Translations under genes and position numbers: made by a program
Shown here: positions 9,101-18,016 of the stretch, piece by piece
Layout: each line of letters begins with the position of its first letter
Numbering within the stretch: position 1 is the first letter of the stretch
The notes under the pieces: generated by a model
What the model was told of the DNA's origin: nothing
Databases searched by the model: none
Seen by the model: the letters and a program-made list of their open reading frames with translations, nothing else
IMG/VR virus record: IMGVR_UViG_3300026521_000001
From: an uncultured virus (IMG/VR IMGVR_UViG_3300026521_000001)
Taxonomy: Duplodnaviria > Heunggongvirae > Uroviricota > Caudoviricetes
Direction: 5' to 3' (one strand)
Length of the DNA: 20,000 nt

Positions 9101-12100
9101 CTCATCTATAGTATCTTTACCTTTATTATTTCCCGTAGTGATTCCTATTTTATTTCCTGTAGCATCTTTTTCTGTTTTTTCAGAAGTCATATTACCACCA
9201 TCAAATACAGATGGAATATCATACCAAATACCATCATCAATCATTGACTTAATTACTTCTTTTATCTGGTTTCTTGTATATTTCCCCATAGATGAAAATC
9301 TGTATTCAGCTAATGCTACTTGATCCAGAGAAGATAATTTAGTTTGTTCTTCTTTAGATAAGAATTTACTTTCTAATCTCTCAAAGAATACTGGTATAGT
9401 AATATTAAAAGCTAATTTGCTTAAATCTTGATTTAATGCAGTAAATTCATCTAAAAATCTAAAATTAGTTTTAAATGCCATTTGTAATAATTTACCTACT
9501 GCATTTTTAAATACTTTCGTAAAATAATCTTCTGTATGTCCTTTCCTTATCTCTACCATATCTAAAGGTAAATCAATAAAATCATCTACTGTAGTATCTA
9601 TTTCTCCATCTTTAACAGGTTTATTTAATTCTTTATCTAATTCTGCTTTACCTGTAATTTCGTTTAATTTATAGGCAGCAAATGCTTTTTTAACTCTTTC
9701 TTTAAGTATATAAGCATTATCTTTATTAGCACTTATATCTATATGTTCTACATCTTTTCTATATTTATACCCTCTTGGATCTGCGTCATAACCAGATAAT
9801 AATTCATTTTCTTTTACATTCAATATATCTCTTACTGTGTTTACTATTTTTTTAAATATTTCTATATATTCTTTTTTATCTTCTTCACTTAAATCTTTTA
9901 ATTTATCAGATATTTTACTAATATCATTATCAAACATATAACGAAGTAAATTTCTTAATGTTATATCTTTTTTACCTAACTTATTCATATCTTTATAGAA
10001 TTTATCTATAAACATGGTGTTATATAATTTTTTAATAATTGCTGCAACAGAAGCACCATAAGTTTTTACCATCATTGCTGGTTTAACTTCTTTTCTTTTA
10101 AAAGCAAAGTTACCATTATCATCTTTAAAATTATTTAGTAAATTATTTATAGCATTAAGAATAACATTATTATCAGTAGGTTTTACTTTATCTTGCCAGT
10201 ATAAAGAATCAGAATCAGCAGTTAATTGCCATCTATTATTGATATTATTATTTGCCATGTAATCACTTATACTTTCTTTGTCTTTTTTATTTAATTCTTC
10301 ATCTTTTTTTAATTTACCATTTTTATTGAACCAGTCAGGTTTAACATCTCCTAACCTCCTTTTGGTACCACTTACCGATTCAGTAAATTCAGGAGTCTTT
10401 GCTTGATCATTAATATATGTTGCTAACGAATTATAGAAATCTTTAAATAATTCATTTTTTTGTAACTCTCCATGAGTTAATTTTCCTTCTTCTTGTAGTT
10501 TTTTATATTCTTTTATCATATCCATTATTTTATCTGGAGGTGTATGTTCTAAACCAAACATATCAATATCTGTAAATATATTATCTTCACTTGGGTTTTT
10601 AGGAGTTATATACACTCCTCCTTTAGCTAATTTATTAAGAATCTTTTGTTTCACAGCCTCAAATGATGCTGCAAAGCCATATCTATCCATTTCATCATAA
10701 GTAGGATTATATTTACCAGAGAATAAAATATTCATAATAGTAATAATCATACCAGAAGTAATAGCATCAGACTCTATAGATAACTCTGTTTCAAACTCTG
10801 TTAATTTAGGATTATTATCTATAGCTTTGACTAAATAATATATTTCATTTAGTGCTTGTAATGCATGTAAATTTTCACCTTTATTCACAAAGTCAGAAAT
10901 AATATCAGTATCTTTTTTAGTGTAATTATCTTCTATTATATTAGATATTGCTTCAAATACAGGTCTAAATTCGTCTGTTATTGAATAAGTCCAACGATCT
11001 AATATTTTTGTAAAATTTATATATTTTTCATTTAATTCACTTATCATATCATTATCTGTTTTCTTATCTGGATCCATATCAAATGCTTGTGCTATTGCTA
11101 AATGAAATAAATCTAAAGCATTATTATTTGTCATATCTAATATAATAGAACCAGTATTCTTTATTTTAACTAAAAATCTATGTACTTTATTATCTTGTGG
11201 ATTGATAGAACTATCCATCATTGTTCTCATATTTTTAGCCATGAACCAGGCAGTTTTAAATCCTTGTTTAATTAAATCAGAAAACATTCTGGTGTATTTA
11301 AGTCTTCTTTTTAAATCTTCATTATTAGAAATTACAGAATTTCTTTGTGTTATATGTACTTCGTTTTCATTTTCTACACCTACCATTGCTTCTTGAGTTT
11401 CTTCATCTAATTTCATGAATAAGTCAAATGTTCTATTTGCTGTGTATATTACTTCATTTGATTCTTTAGTTACAAAACCCATACCTTCATCAGGTAGTTC
11501 AGTAGCTTCAGTACCCTTAATAGTTTCATTTGGAATATATTCATCTTTAGCTTTTATAGGAACAGTCTGTTCATGGTCAAATTTAAGTATTTGAGACATC
11601 ATACTATTCATCATAGAAAAAGTAGTATTTACTCTATCTTTAATATCTTCTATTTTACCTTCTGGTTCAATATTTTTATTAATTTCTAATTTATATAGAT
11701 TATATTGTTTTCTGGTACCATCTCCTGTAAAATCTTCATTTACAGTAGTTTTTACTACTTTAAAATAACCATCTTTATTATTACTTTTAGTACTTTCTAT
11801 AGATACTTTTTCTACTAAATTTAACACAAACATACCTAAAGCTAATTGTGTATCTTCTTTAAAACTTATAGGAACATCATCTGTCCATTTGTATCCTAAC
11901 TCATTATAAACTAATTGTCCTATATCTTTAGCTAATTCATATTTAGGTAACCCATTTTCTTTAATTATATTAAGCATTTTAGTTATTTGACTTTCATCTG
12001 AATTACTATTAAGGAAATCTCTTTCATCTTTATACCCCATCATTTTAATTACTTTAAGTCTATCAACAAATTCATATCCATTTAAAATACTTAATACATT

Positions 12101-12922
12101 AGGCATTAAAGCCTCTATAGTAGAAGCTACTAAAGGATGTAATATATTTTTATCATTTACTTTTTTAGTAAAAGGTAAAAGAAAAGCATCTAAAATATCT
12201 CCTGTTATATATTTATCTTTTCCCTTTATTTTCGCTTTTAAAGTACCATCTTTTATTTCTACTGGTTCAATGTTAGAATTTATAGTTTTATATAAAATAG
12301 TGTACCATAGACTCTTATTATTAGTTAAACCATAACCATATTGAAAATCTTTTATTTTTTCTTTTAAAAAATCTAAATTATCAATAAATTTTTTAAATTC
12401 TTGAGTTTCTGTTATATTAAATTCTTTCCAAGAATCTATAATATGTGGAACCAGATAATTAGATAAATAACTTACATAGCCTTGTTGTTTAATATGAGAT
12501 ATTGAACCAGCTAAAAAAGAAGTATTTAATAGTTTAACTGTTAACTTATCATGTGTATCTTCATTGATAGAAGCAGTATTTTCTCTATGTATATTTGCTC
12601 CTATAGGGTTTATTTTAACAAGAGTTTTATATGCTTTATTTAATTTATTTAGTTTAGTCTTTGCTTTTTTTAAATGTTCTCTTTTTAAAGTTTTTATCTC
12701 ATTTCCTAATTTGATAGAATCTGTAATATAAAGATTTTTTTCTTTATTTATTTTTACTAATTCTTCTCCTAAAAGATTTCTTTTAGTATCTATTTTACTT
12801 TTAATTTTATCTGCTTTAGCTACTTGTTTTTTAATAGTTTGTATATCTTTTTCTATATACTTAATGTTATTATCAAGTCTATATTTTAGTTTTTTTACTT
12901 TAGCATTACATGATTTTCCCAT
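6101..12922 (-). CDS. Catalytic part of an N4-like virion RNA polymerase (single-subunit T7/Pol A fold) with C-terminal SLOG and unknown modules (2273 aa)
   Basis: Motifs in the expected order: MAKNMRTMM..INPQDNKVHR (R566), motif A LSIESDAITSG (D719, nt 10766-10768), LAKGGVY, KDFY, motif B RKEVKPAMMVKTYG (R943/K947/Y955; Rx3Kx7YG), motif C MHIFDAL (D1317, nt 8972-8974). Own AAGGA RBS. Confidence 0.92.
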   Translation of the reverse strand: MGKSCNAKVKKLKYRLDNNIKYIEKDIQTIKKQVAKADKIKSKIDTKRNLLGEELVKINKEKNLYITDSIKLGNEIKTLKREHLKKAKTKLNKLNKAYKTLVKINPIGANIHRENTASINEDTHDKLTVKLLNTSFLAGSISHIKQQGYVSYLSNYLVPHIIDSWKEFNITETQEFKKFIDNLDFLKEKIKDFQYGYGLTNNKSLWYTILYKTINSNIEPVEIKDGTLKAKIKGKDKYITGDILDAFLLPFTKKVNDKNILHPLVASTIEALMPNVLSILNGYEFVDRLKVIKMMGYKDERDFLNSNSDESQITKMLNIIKENGLPKYELAKDIGQLVYNELGYKWTDDVPISFKEDTQLALGMFVLNLVEKVSIESTKSNNKDGYFKVVKTTVNEDFTGDGTRKQYNLYKLEINKNIEPEGKIEDIKDRVNTTFSMMNSMMSQILKFDHEQTVPIKAKDEYIPNETIKGTEATELPDEGMGFVTKESNEVIYTANRTFDLFMKLDEETQEAMVGVENENEVHITQRNSVISNNEDLKRRLKYTRMFSDLIKQGFKTAWFMAKNMRTMMDSSINPQDNKVHRFLVKIKNTGSIILDMTNNNALDLFHLAIAQAFDMDPDKKTDNDMISELNEKYINFTKILDRWTYSITDEFRPVFEAISNIIEDNYTKKDTDIISDFVNKGENLHALQALNEIYYLVKAIDNNPKLTEFETELSIESDAITSGMIITIMNILFSGKYNPTYDEMDRYGFAASFEAVKQKILNKLAKGGVYITPKNPSEDNIFTDIDMFGLEHTPPDKIMDMIKEYKKLQEEGKLTHGELQKNELFKDFYNSLATYINDQAKTPEFTESVSGTKRRLGDVKPDWFNKNGKLKKDEELNKKDKESISDYMANNNINNRWQLTADSDSLYWQDKVKPTDNNVILNAINNLLNNFKDDNGNFAFKRKEVKPAMMVKTYGASVAAIIKKLYNTMFIDKFYKDMNKLGKKDITLRNLLRYMFDNDISKISDKLKDLSEEDKKEYIEIFKKIVNTVRDILNVKENELLSGYDADPRGYKYRKDVEHIDISANKDNAYILKERVKKAFAAYKLNEITGKAELDKELNKPVKDGEIDTTVDDFIDLPLDMVEIRKGHTEDYFTKVFKNAVGKLLQMAFKTNFRFLDEFTALNQDLSKLAFNITIPVFFERLESKFLSKEEQTKLSSLDQVALAEYRFSSMGKYTRNQIKEVIKSMIDDGIWYDIPSVFDGGNMTSEKTEKDATGNKIGITTGNNKGKDTIDEKVDFFIENLPAIGPILAHQIDSKTIVDSLLVNDNLYKAMHIFDALLFGVDNSNNSIIKDYNEALLNNHFNYNTYLAMLSKIGALLKNEETAKHINNVGNLRPLLELKSKIYSALNKDGSLDFNKISKIDEKTISNVFSSLGDILFTIEKSIKDLTDGEALNTAKDKVRDILENYDITVLHNYITDSVDSQFKLKDIKVILDNLFNTLDPDKLNISEEEANTIMDNYLNLTPYIDSKNAGDGLLNVLANLPKISKILHKILQDTEIDNLKDLVIEITDKYGMSEDEHFKNALYDFLKYNLFDKEHKEKSNFYKKTANKAGDNQGFKDFRHWYYNNRNNKSLNNNNNNNTLSENVSIETINNNNYADRTRTNANADVTIAIATDFNTPGEKLTKKAVNQNGKLYLPINIQDGNIKLTKSVINNLVEKIKALGKDSIELNIAGNGIYSFNQTNQDTLNKYLTKLIEELLNNGIKIHLIRSGGQTGIDEAGIIAAINNNIPAKVLGTNNYAFRVTEEEFNKLKEKYNLQPNEYKKVHNNYDIFHKQAFEDRFNKKEEPQEQNNIFNVTNVLLQKRQEFANEFIKNFGNIQNIEYMDVNFNVISDKYKSDYIKIITDKNIEVTYVPSQGARFDTLKNGKDYSSEFMKKMSDIKASIGALYIAETFNNNQQTQQEEQQQVSTTTIYDGTNPHFFVMDTETVMKEAGSLSALELKDGSFITVTGLTRTTKKTYDPDFVERNKDNLTEEGILFFTNIINAVKQKDTELYVMDVDNRNDMVVFGIEPKETNKNANKFVYVTATKNMDDIPSTSDLLEGGSYYIDETGDDIRSDTWQPLKEVIYKKLSNKNKQYKYTELTEDLADLLINLDPNILRQWIYHDKIFSPELVTKLEAMSIEDLLDLTGKNFDSTPTPNVVKSNIYKKLQENKKGFMLITNEALKKEKVSIVEFSQYDQDRMFAVTESMFEQDEKKLSKEYIHKLSEKLHYFSMMHNIPLDEIESIEYNNLC
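7570..8030 (-). other. SLOG (YpsA/PF12694-related) domain embedded in the polymerase chain, circularly permuted
   Basis: YADRTRTNANADVTIAIATDFNTPGEKLT...LNIAGNG...IRSGGQTGIDEAGIIAA..NIP are characteristic SLOG motifs; bounded by a poly-Asn linker and a Gln/Glu linker. Confidence 0.85.
8060..8080. repeat. (ATT)7 microsatellite encoding a poly-Asn linker
   Basis: attattattattattattatt, in frame as AAT x7 in the 2273-aa ORF, immediately before the SLOG domain. Confidence 0.9.
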
Positions 12923-12935
12923 AGTATATTATCCT

Positions 12936-15900
12936 TTATTTACATATATTTTCAATTTCTTTTCTTATTATATCAAAGTATTTTTCTGTCTCTTCTAAAT
13001 TTTTAATTATAGTATTTGGATTACTTTTACCAATTATACTTTTTTTAGTCTTATCAATTTGTTTAACTAAGGTCGCTAATGTTTTATCTGGTATCCCAGC
13101 ATCCAGTAATTCTCTACCATTATTTAATATATTCTCTTTTAAATTATTTAAACCGTGTGTATCTCTTTCATAATTATTAGATATATTAGTAATTATTTTA
13201 TCTATAGAGTTTTGTACTTTTTTATAACTATTAGATAATTTATCTATAGTACTTTTTATTTTTATAGATTCTTTATTTTTATTTTTTCTATATCCTCTGT
13301 TCATTTCTAATTGTTGTTCTTTCAATTTAATCTTATTACTTATAATATTTACATCTTTTAATACTTTTTCTACATTAGATACAAACTTTTTAATAGAAGT
13401 ATTTCTAATAACTATATCTTCAGATTCTGTGATTTCAGCTAAGTTATTTATATCATTTATAATATCTGTATCTGCTAATTTAACAGATTTATCTAAATCA
13501 GATATATAATCTCCCTCTATATCAGTTATATCTACTTCATCTAATACAGAGTCTTTGAAATCAGACATATTTTCAGATTGCACAGTACTTTCTGGAGATT
13601 CTGGTTTAACATAAATATCTTTATATGCCCTATTAAATCTGGCTCTTAAAGTTTGAAAGAATCTAAGTTGCTCATTTTTATCTTTAGAAGCTAGATATTT
13701 TAATATATCTTCATTATTTACTGAATCTGTAACCCATAATATTTTACTGTCTACTATTTGTTTTTCTGTTAAAGGTCCTTCACTTTTATTTAACATATGC
13801 TCTATTTTATCAAACATCATATCTACAGCATCATAGTCATAAATAAAATTACCTAATTGCTCATGTATAAATTCTCTCTTATCTTCAATAGCACTTAATA
13901 AATCTGCAATTAACTGTCCTATACTATTATCTATGTCACCACCACTATTAACTTTTTCTTTTAACCATTCAGGAGTTTTAGATTTCTTAGGTTTTTTAGG
14001 AGGGGTACCTGTATTATCTTTAGGTGTAAATGTAGAACTAGAAGAATTATTACTATTATTACTATTATTATTACTATTATTTGAAGTATTAGTATTTGTA
14101 GATATTCTTTTTAATAACTCTTGTAAATTACTAATATCTTCATCTGATAAATTACCATACATATCATCGGTAGGACTCGATATAATAGTTTTATCATTAA
14201 ATTCATACATATTAGTTAAAACATTATTATAGAAATCTTGGAATAATTTAGATACTTCTTCTCTTTCAGTTTCATCTAAATCCTCAGCATTTATAAAGTT
14301 TAAACTAAATTGATCACTTACCCCTTTACTTCCATCTGGTTCAAAGTTAGAAGGCATTACATTCTTTATAGTAACTTCCTTAGTATCTGGATTATATTCC
14401 ACATTTACTTGTATTAAATTACTTTTACCTACTTTCATTATAATAGAATCAGTACGAGTACCAGTAGTCTGTCCTTCTTGTTGTGATACATCTTCAGAAT
14501 TAACTAAAATACTAAATAACTTACTTTTATTATCAATTAATCTTTTTATAGTTGATAAAATATCTTCTTTATTCTGTGTAAGTTTAAAAGAACCAGTAAG
14601 ATACATATTAGTTATAAATTCTACTATATCAGGATTATTTTTTATATTAACATCAGTATCTGTAGAATCATCTCCCCTATTTTCTATCTGTTTATCACTT
14701 TGTAATTTATCTAAATTATCTTTGTTAGTAATTATACTTCTACCGTTAGAAATATCTTTTATAGAAGTAATAGTAATATTATTATATTTGTCATTTATAG
14801 TACCTTTAATTTCGTATAATTTACCGTTTTGGTTTTTAGTTATAGTAAAAAAGTAATCGCCATTATCAGCTTTAGCAAAGTTTTTAACATTATATGATTG
14901 TATATTTTTACCATCTATAACACCATTAATTAGATTAGTAAATATATGATTTAGGTTTAGGCCAAAAGAATTAACTCCTTTAGTTAAATGTATTTTAGCT
15001 TTTTTACTACTATCTTTTTTATTAGATGCATTACTTTTACCTTTTGAACCAGATTTAGAAGAGTTATTATATTTTGGAGGTGTATATAAATCTCTTATAT
15101 CATTAGCATTATTTAGAGTATTTAGAAAATCTAAATCTCCTGCAATTTCTAAAGCTTTTGGTAGGTTATCTCCATTCTGGTTCATATGTTTAAATAGATT
15201 GAAATATGCTTGTGCTATAGCTATAGGATTGTTTCTATTTGCTGTAATTTCTTGGTTATAAACTACTTCTTTACCTTCATTATTTATGAGAGTTACTCCA
15301 ATATAGTGCTTACCCTCCTTAGTATATAGTACAGGAAGTAATCTATACAAGTGTTTTAATTTCTCTAATTCTTCTTGTTTTACTTTATCTATTATATTTA
15401 ATCCTGAATTTTCTCTTTCTAAAGCATCTATTCTTTCTTTAATTACTTTTCTAAAATCACTATTTTCTGTTAATATAGCATTGACTACATCTAAACTTAT
15501 TTTATTTTTATGAATTGCTCGTGCAAATTGTTCTAATTTATTTTTAGCTCTTGATACAGTAAATCTAATTAAATTTTCATTATTTTCTCTTAAACTTTGT
15601 TCTGTTACTGGTTCAATAATTTCGTCAGTATTTGGATCTAAAGATAATTTATCATTATATGTTTTATAATCTGCTAATGCTTTTTTAGTATTAGAAAGAC
15701 CTTTAGTATATATATCTTCAGCTACATCTAAATAGTTTTTCTTAAAATCTTTATAAGTTTTATTTTCAAATATAGCTTTTACTATATCTTCATCAAATAG
15801 AGATTTTAGACTATCTTGTAAAGTTTTAAATTCATTCTCATTTAATACTGATCCTTGTTCTTTACTTGAAGTTTTATATATAAAAGCTTTCATTTGTTCT

Positions 15901-18005
15901 AATACTGATTTATAAGTAGTATAAGTATTTTCGTCCATATTAGAAGATATATTATCAGTCATTTCCTTAACAGCTTGATTTTTATTTTTATATTTAGCAT
16001 TTAGACCTATAGCATATAACGAAGCTGCTTCTTTTTTTAATTTAGTTTTAATACTATCTTCTATATTCATAGAATTTATTTCATTTATAGCATTTACATA
16101 ACTATTAAAAGTATTAGTATCCATAGAAGTAAAAGGTTTAAATATATTATCACGAATAACTTCTTTAGAATAATTATTTAACCCTAACATATCGGTAAAG
16201 TTAGTAACCCTATCTTGTGCAGTAATCTCTGCTTGCTTTAATCCTTTTTTGTACTTATATTTATCTACATAATATTTAGTTGCTGCTAAACCAACTATAG
16301 ATCCTGCGCCAGATGCAGTACCTGCCATTATTGCAGGAGAGTGTAACAATGCACCACTTAACGATACTGGGTTTAATGCTGCATGTGTAAATGAACCAGA
16401 AGTACCACCTATAGCAGAAGCATTTAGATATTGACTTAAAGGACCTACTTGTCCTTTAGTTATATAATCTTGTTGTAATTGATCCAAAGGTTCTTGTATA
16501 GCTTCCCCTGCAAAAGCCTTAGTTAAGTTAAATACCTCTCCTCCTACTTTTTTACCAACAAGTAATGCAGGAGAAAGTCCTTTAGCTATTAAAGGAGCTT
16601 TACCATCAATTACGTTTAATAAATGTGAGCCAGAAGAAACTAAATCTTTACCTGCTTTTTCTATAATAGCAGCTTCTCCAAACATTCTATCCATGGCTAA
16701 TACACTAGTATTTAAGAACATTGATAATTGTGTTTTAGCAGCTAATTTAACAGGATCTTTAATTAAACTTGGGTCATTTTGTATAGCTGTATATATATCG
16801 GCATTAGTTCGTTGGAATGCTGATGATACTATACCTCCTGGTAAAAATAATTGTAAAGTTTCCCCTGAAGAGTTAACGACATTACCTAATAATGATTTAA
16901 TATCTGCTTGTGCAAATATAGCATCTGTATAGTTATTTAAAGTATTTTGGTTTACTCCTTGAGCTAACATTCCCGAATAAGCATTATGTACATCTGTATA
17001 TCTTGATAAGGCTTTAGCACTTTTGCCCATATAGAAATTATCATACATTTCTTTAAGTTGCTTTTTCTTTTCTGGATTAGAGAATTTTTCAAAGTGTTCA
17101 AGCATAGCTTTTTCAAAGCCTTCTGCATCACTTCTACCGAAAAAAGCATCAGTATAACTACTTAAATTTCTTAATGCTAAGTTACCTATAGCAGCCCATA
17201 GTTCATATGTATTATTAAAATGATTTGCTACATTTGCAGCAAAACCTTGCATTGCATCTCTTGAATTATACATATATTTTTTTAAAATACTATCAGTCTT
17301 ATCAGCGTCTGTTTTATTATAAGCATTCATTTGTGCTAAATATAAATTATCATGATTAGCTAATTCCCCAGGACCTTGTACTCCGCCTTGTAAGTAAGTT
17401 GCTTCTAATACAGCAGGGTCAGTCATTACTTTCTGGTTTTTATGTTGTATTTCTCTTAATTGTCCTGTTTCTGGATCAATATAAGGAAGGACATAATTTT
17501 TATTTATATTTACATCTGAACCAGTAAAAGCAGTATTATATACTGTACTAAACATTTTATAAGCATATTGTCCGCTATCTGTATTTAAATCAAATAAATT
17601 CTGAGGTAATGTTTTAAGTTTTACTTTTAATTTTTTTAAAGTAGATCTTTCATTTAAAGGTATATTTTCATATGAACCATATTTATCTATTAATGAAGAA
17701 TATGTAGTTTTATATTCATGTGCAGTATCCATTATATATGAATATGCTACATCAGCATTATACATTAAATCTCTTTTTTTATCTGGATCTACCACATCAG
17801 TAATTGCTTGTTTAAATGGATTACTTTCAGGAGTATTCATTAAAGTACCTTCCCCCATATCAGAGTAAGTACTTTTAGTTTCCTGCAACCATTGTGGTGT
17901 AGTAAATGAAGTATCATTTTGTATAGGAGTATTAATTGAAGAATATACATCTTTTATTTCTATACCATTATCAGTATTAATATTTTTAAGTGCTTCTTGT
18001 AACAT
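12936..18005 (-). CDS. N-terminal part of an N4-like virion RNA polymerase / ejection protein (1689 aa)
   Basis: Lies between the gp51-like gene and the polymerase core. AFAGEAIQEPLDQLQQD followed by a Gly/Ala-rich apolar stretch resembles the N4 gp50 N-terminal domain as recalled (AGETVEEGVQGATGQLAQN...GALYG). One Cys only; AAGGAG RBS. Confidence 0.7.
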   Translation of the reverse strand: MLQEALKNINTDNGIEIKDVYSSINTPIQNDTSFTTPQWLQETKSTYSDMGEGTLMNTPESNPFKQAITDVVDPDKKRDLMYNADVAYSYIMDTAHEYKTTYSSLIDKYGSYENIPLNERSTLKKLKVKLKTLPQNLFDLNTDSGQYAYKMFSTVYNTAFTGSDVNINKNYVLPYIDPETGQLREIQHKNQKVMTDPAVLEATYLQGGVQGPGELANHDNLYLAQMNAYNKTDADKTDSILKKYMYNSRDAMQGFAANVANHFNNTYELWAAIGNLALRNLSSYTDAFFGRSDAEGFEKAMLEHFEKFSNPEKKKQLKEMYDNFYMGKSAKALSRYTDVHNAYSGMLAQGVNQNTLNNYTDAIFAQADIKSLLGNVVNSSGETLQLFLPGGIVSSAFQRTNADIYTAIQNDPSLIKDPVKLAAKTQLSMFLNTSVLAMDRMFGEAAIIEKAGKDLVSSGSHLLNVIDGKAPLIAKGLSPALLVGKKVGGEVFNLTKAFAGEAIQEPLDQLQQDYITKGQVGPLSQYLNASAIGGTSGSFTHAALNPVSLSGALLHSPAIMAGTASGAGSIVGLAATKYYVDKYKYKKGLKQAEITAQDRVTNFTDMLGLNNYSKEVIRDNIFKPFTSMDTNTFNSYVNAINEINSMNIEDSIKTKLKKEAASLYAIGLNAKYKNKNQAVKEMTDNISSNMDENTYTTYKSVLEQMKAFIYKTSSKEQGSVLNENEFKTLQDSLKSLFDEDIVKAIFENKTYKDFKKNYLDVAEDIYTKGLSNTKKALADYKTYNDKLSLDPNTDEIIEPVTEQSLRENNENLIRFTVSRAKNKLEQFARAIHKNKISLDVVNAILTENSDFRKVIKERIDALERENSGLNIIDKVKQEELEKLKHLYRLLPVLYTKEGKHYIGVTLINNEGKEVVYNQEITANRNNPIAIAQAYFNLFKHMNQNGDNLPKALEIAGDLDFLNTLNNANDIRDLYTPPKYNNSSKSGSKGKSNASNKKDSSKKAKIHLTKGVNSFGLNLNHIFTNLINGVIDGKNIQSYNVKNFAKADNGDYFFTITKNQNGKLYEIKGTINDKYNNITITSIKDISNGRSIITNKDNLDKLQSDKQIENRGDDSTDTDVNIKNNPDIVEFITNMYLTGSFKLTQNKEDILSTIKRLIDNKSKLFSILVNSEDVSQQEGQTTGTRTDSIIMKVGKSNLIQVNVEYNPDTKEVTIKNVMPSNFEPDGSKGVSDQFSLNFINAEDLDETEREEVSKLFQDFYNNVLTNMYEFNDKTIISSPTDDMYGNLSDEDISNLQELLKRISTNTNTSNNSNNNSNNSNNSSSSTFTPKDNTGTPPKKPKKSKTPEWLKEKVNSGGDIDNSIGQLIADLLSAIEDKREFIHEQLGNFIYDYDAVDMMFDKIEHMLNKSEGPLTEKQIVDSKILWVTDSVNNEDILKYLASKDKNEQLRFFQTLRARFNRAYKDIYVKPESPESTVQSENMSDFKDSVLDEVDITDIEGDYISDLDKSVKLADTDIINDINNLAEITESEDIVIRNTSIKKFVSNVEKVLKDVNIISNKIKLKEQQLEMNRGYRKNKNKESIKIKSTIDKLSNSYKKVQNSIDKIITNISNNYERDTHGLNNLKENILNNGRELLDAGIPDKTLATLVKQIDKTKKSIIGKSNPNTIIKNLEETEKYFDIIRKEIENICK
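14046..14081. repeat. Imperfect (ATT/ACT)n repeat encoding an Asn/Ser linker
   Basis: attattactattattactattattattactattatt encodes NNSNNNSNNSNN, followed by a Pro/Lys-rich stretch. Confidence 0.85.
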
Positions 18006-18016
18006 ACATACTCCTT

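Noticed and set aside
6077..12938. Split caused by stop-codon reassignment
   Set aside because: Both boundaries are TAA, the first junction changes frame, and kilobase ORFs are open in code 11.
6077..12938. Split as pseudogenisation or assembly error
   Set aside because: Each downstream part has a properly spaced RBS and ATG, catalytic motifs are intact, and Cys flank both breaks. Read-level confirmation is still advisable.
6065..12944. Split-intein trans-splicing as the reason for junction cysteines
   Set aside because: No intein blocks seen (no Cys-initiated ~100-aa IntN with TxxH, no HN-C/S/T); the Cys are at the extreme chain ends.
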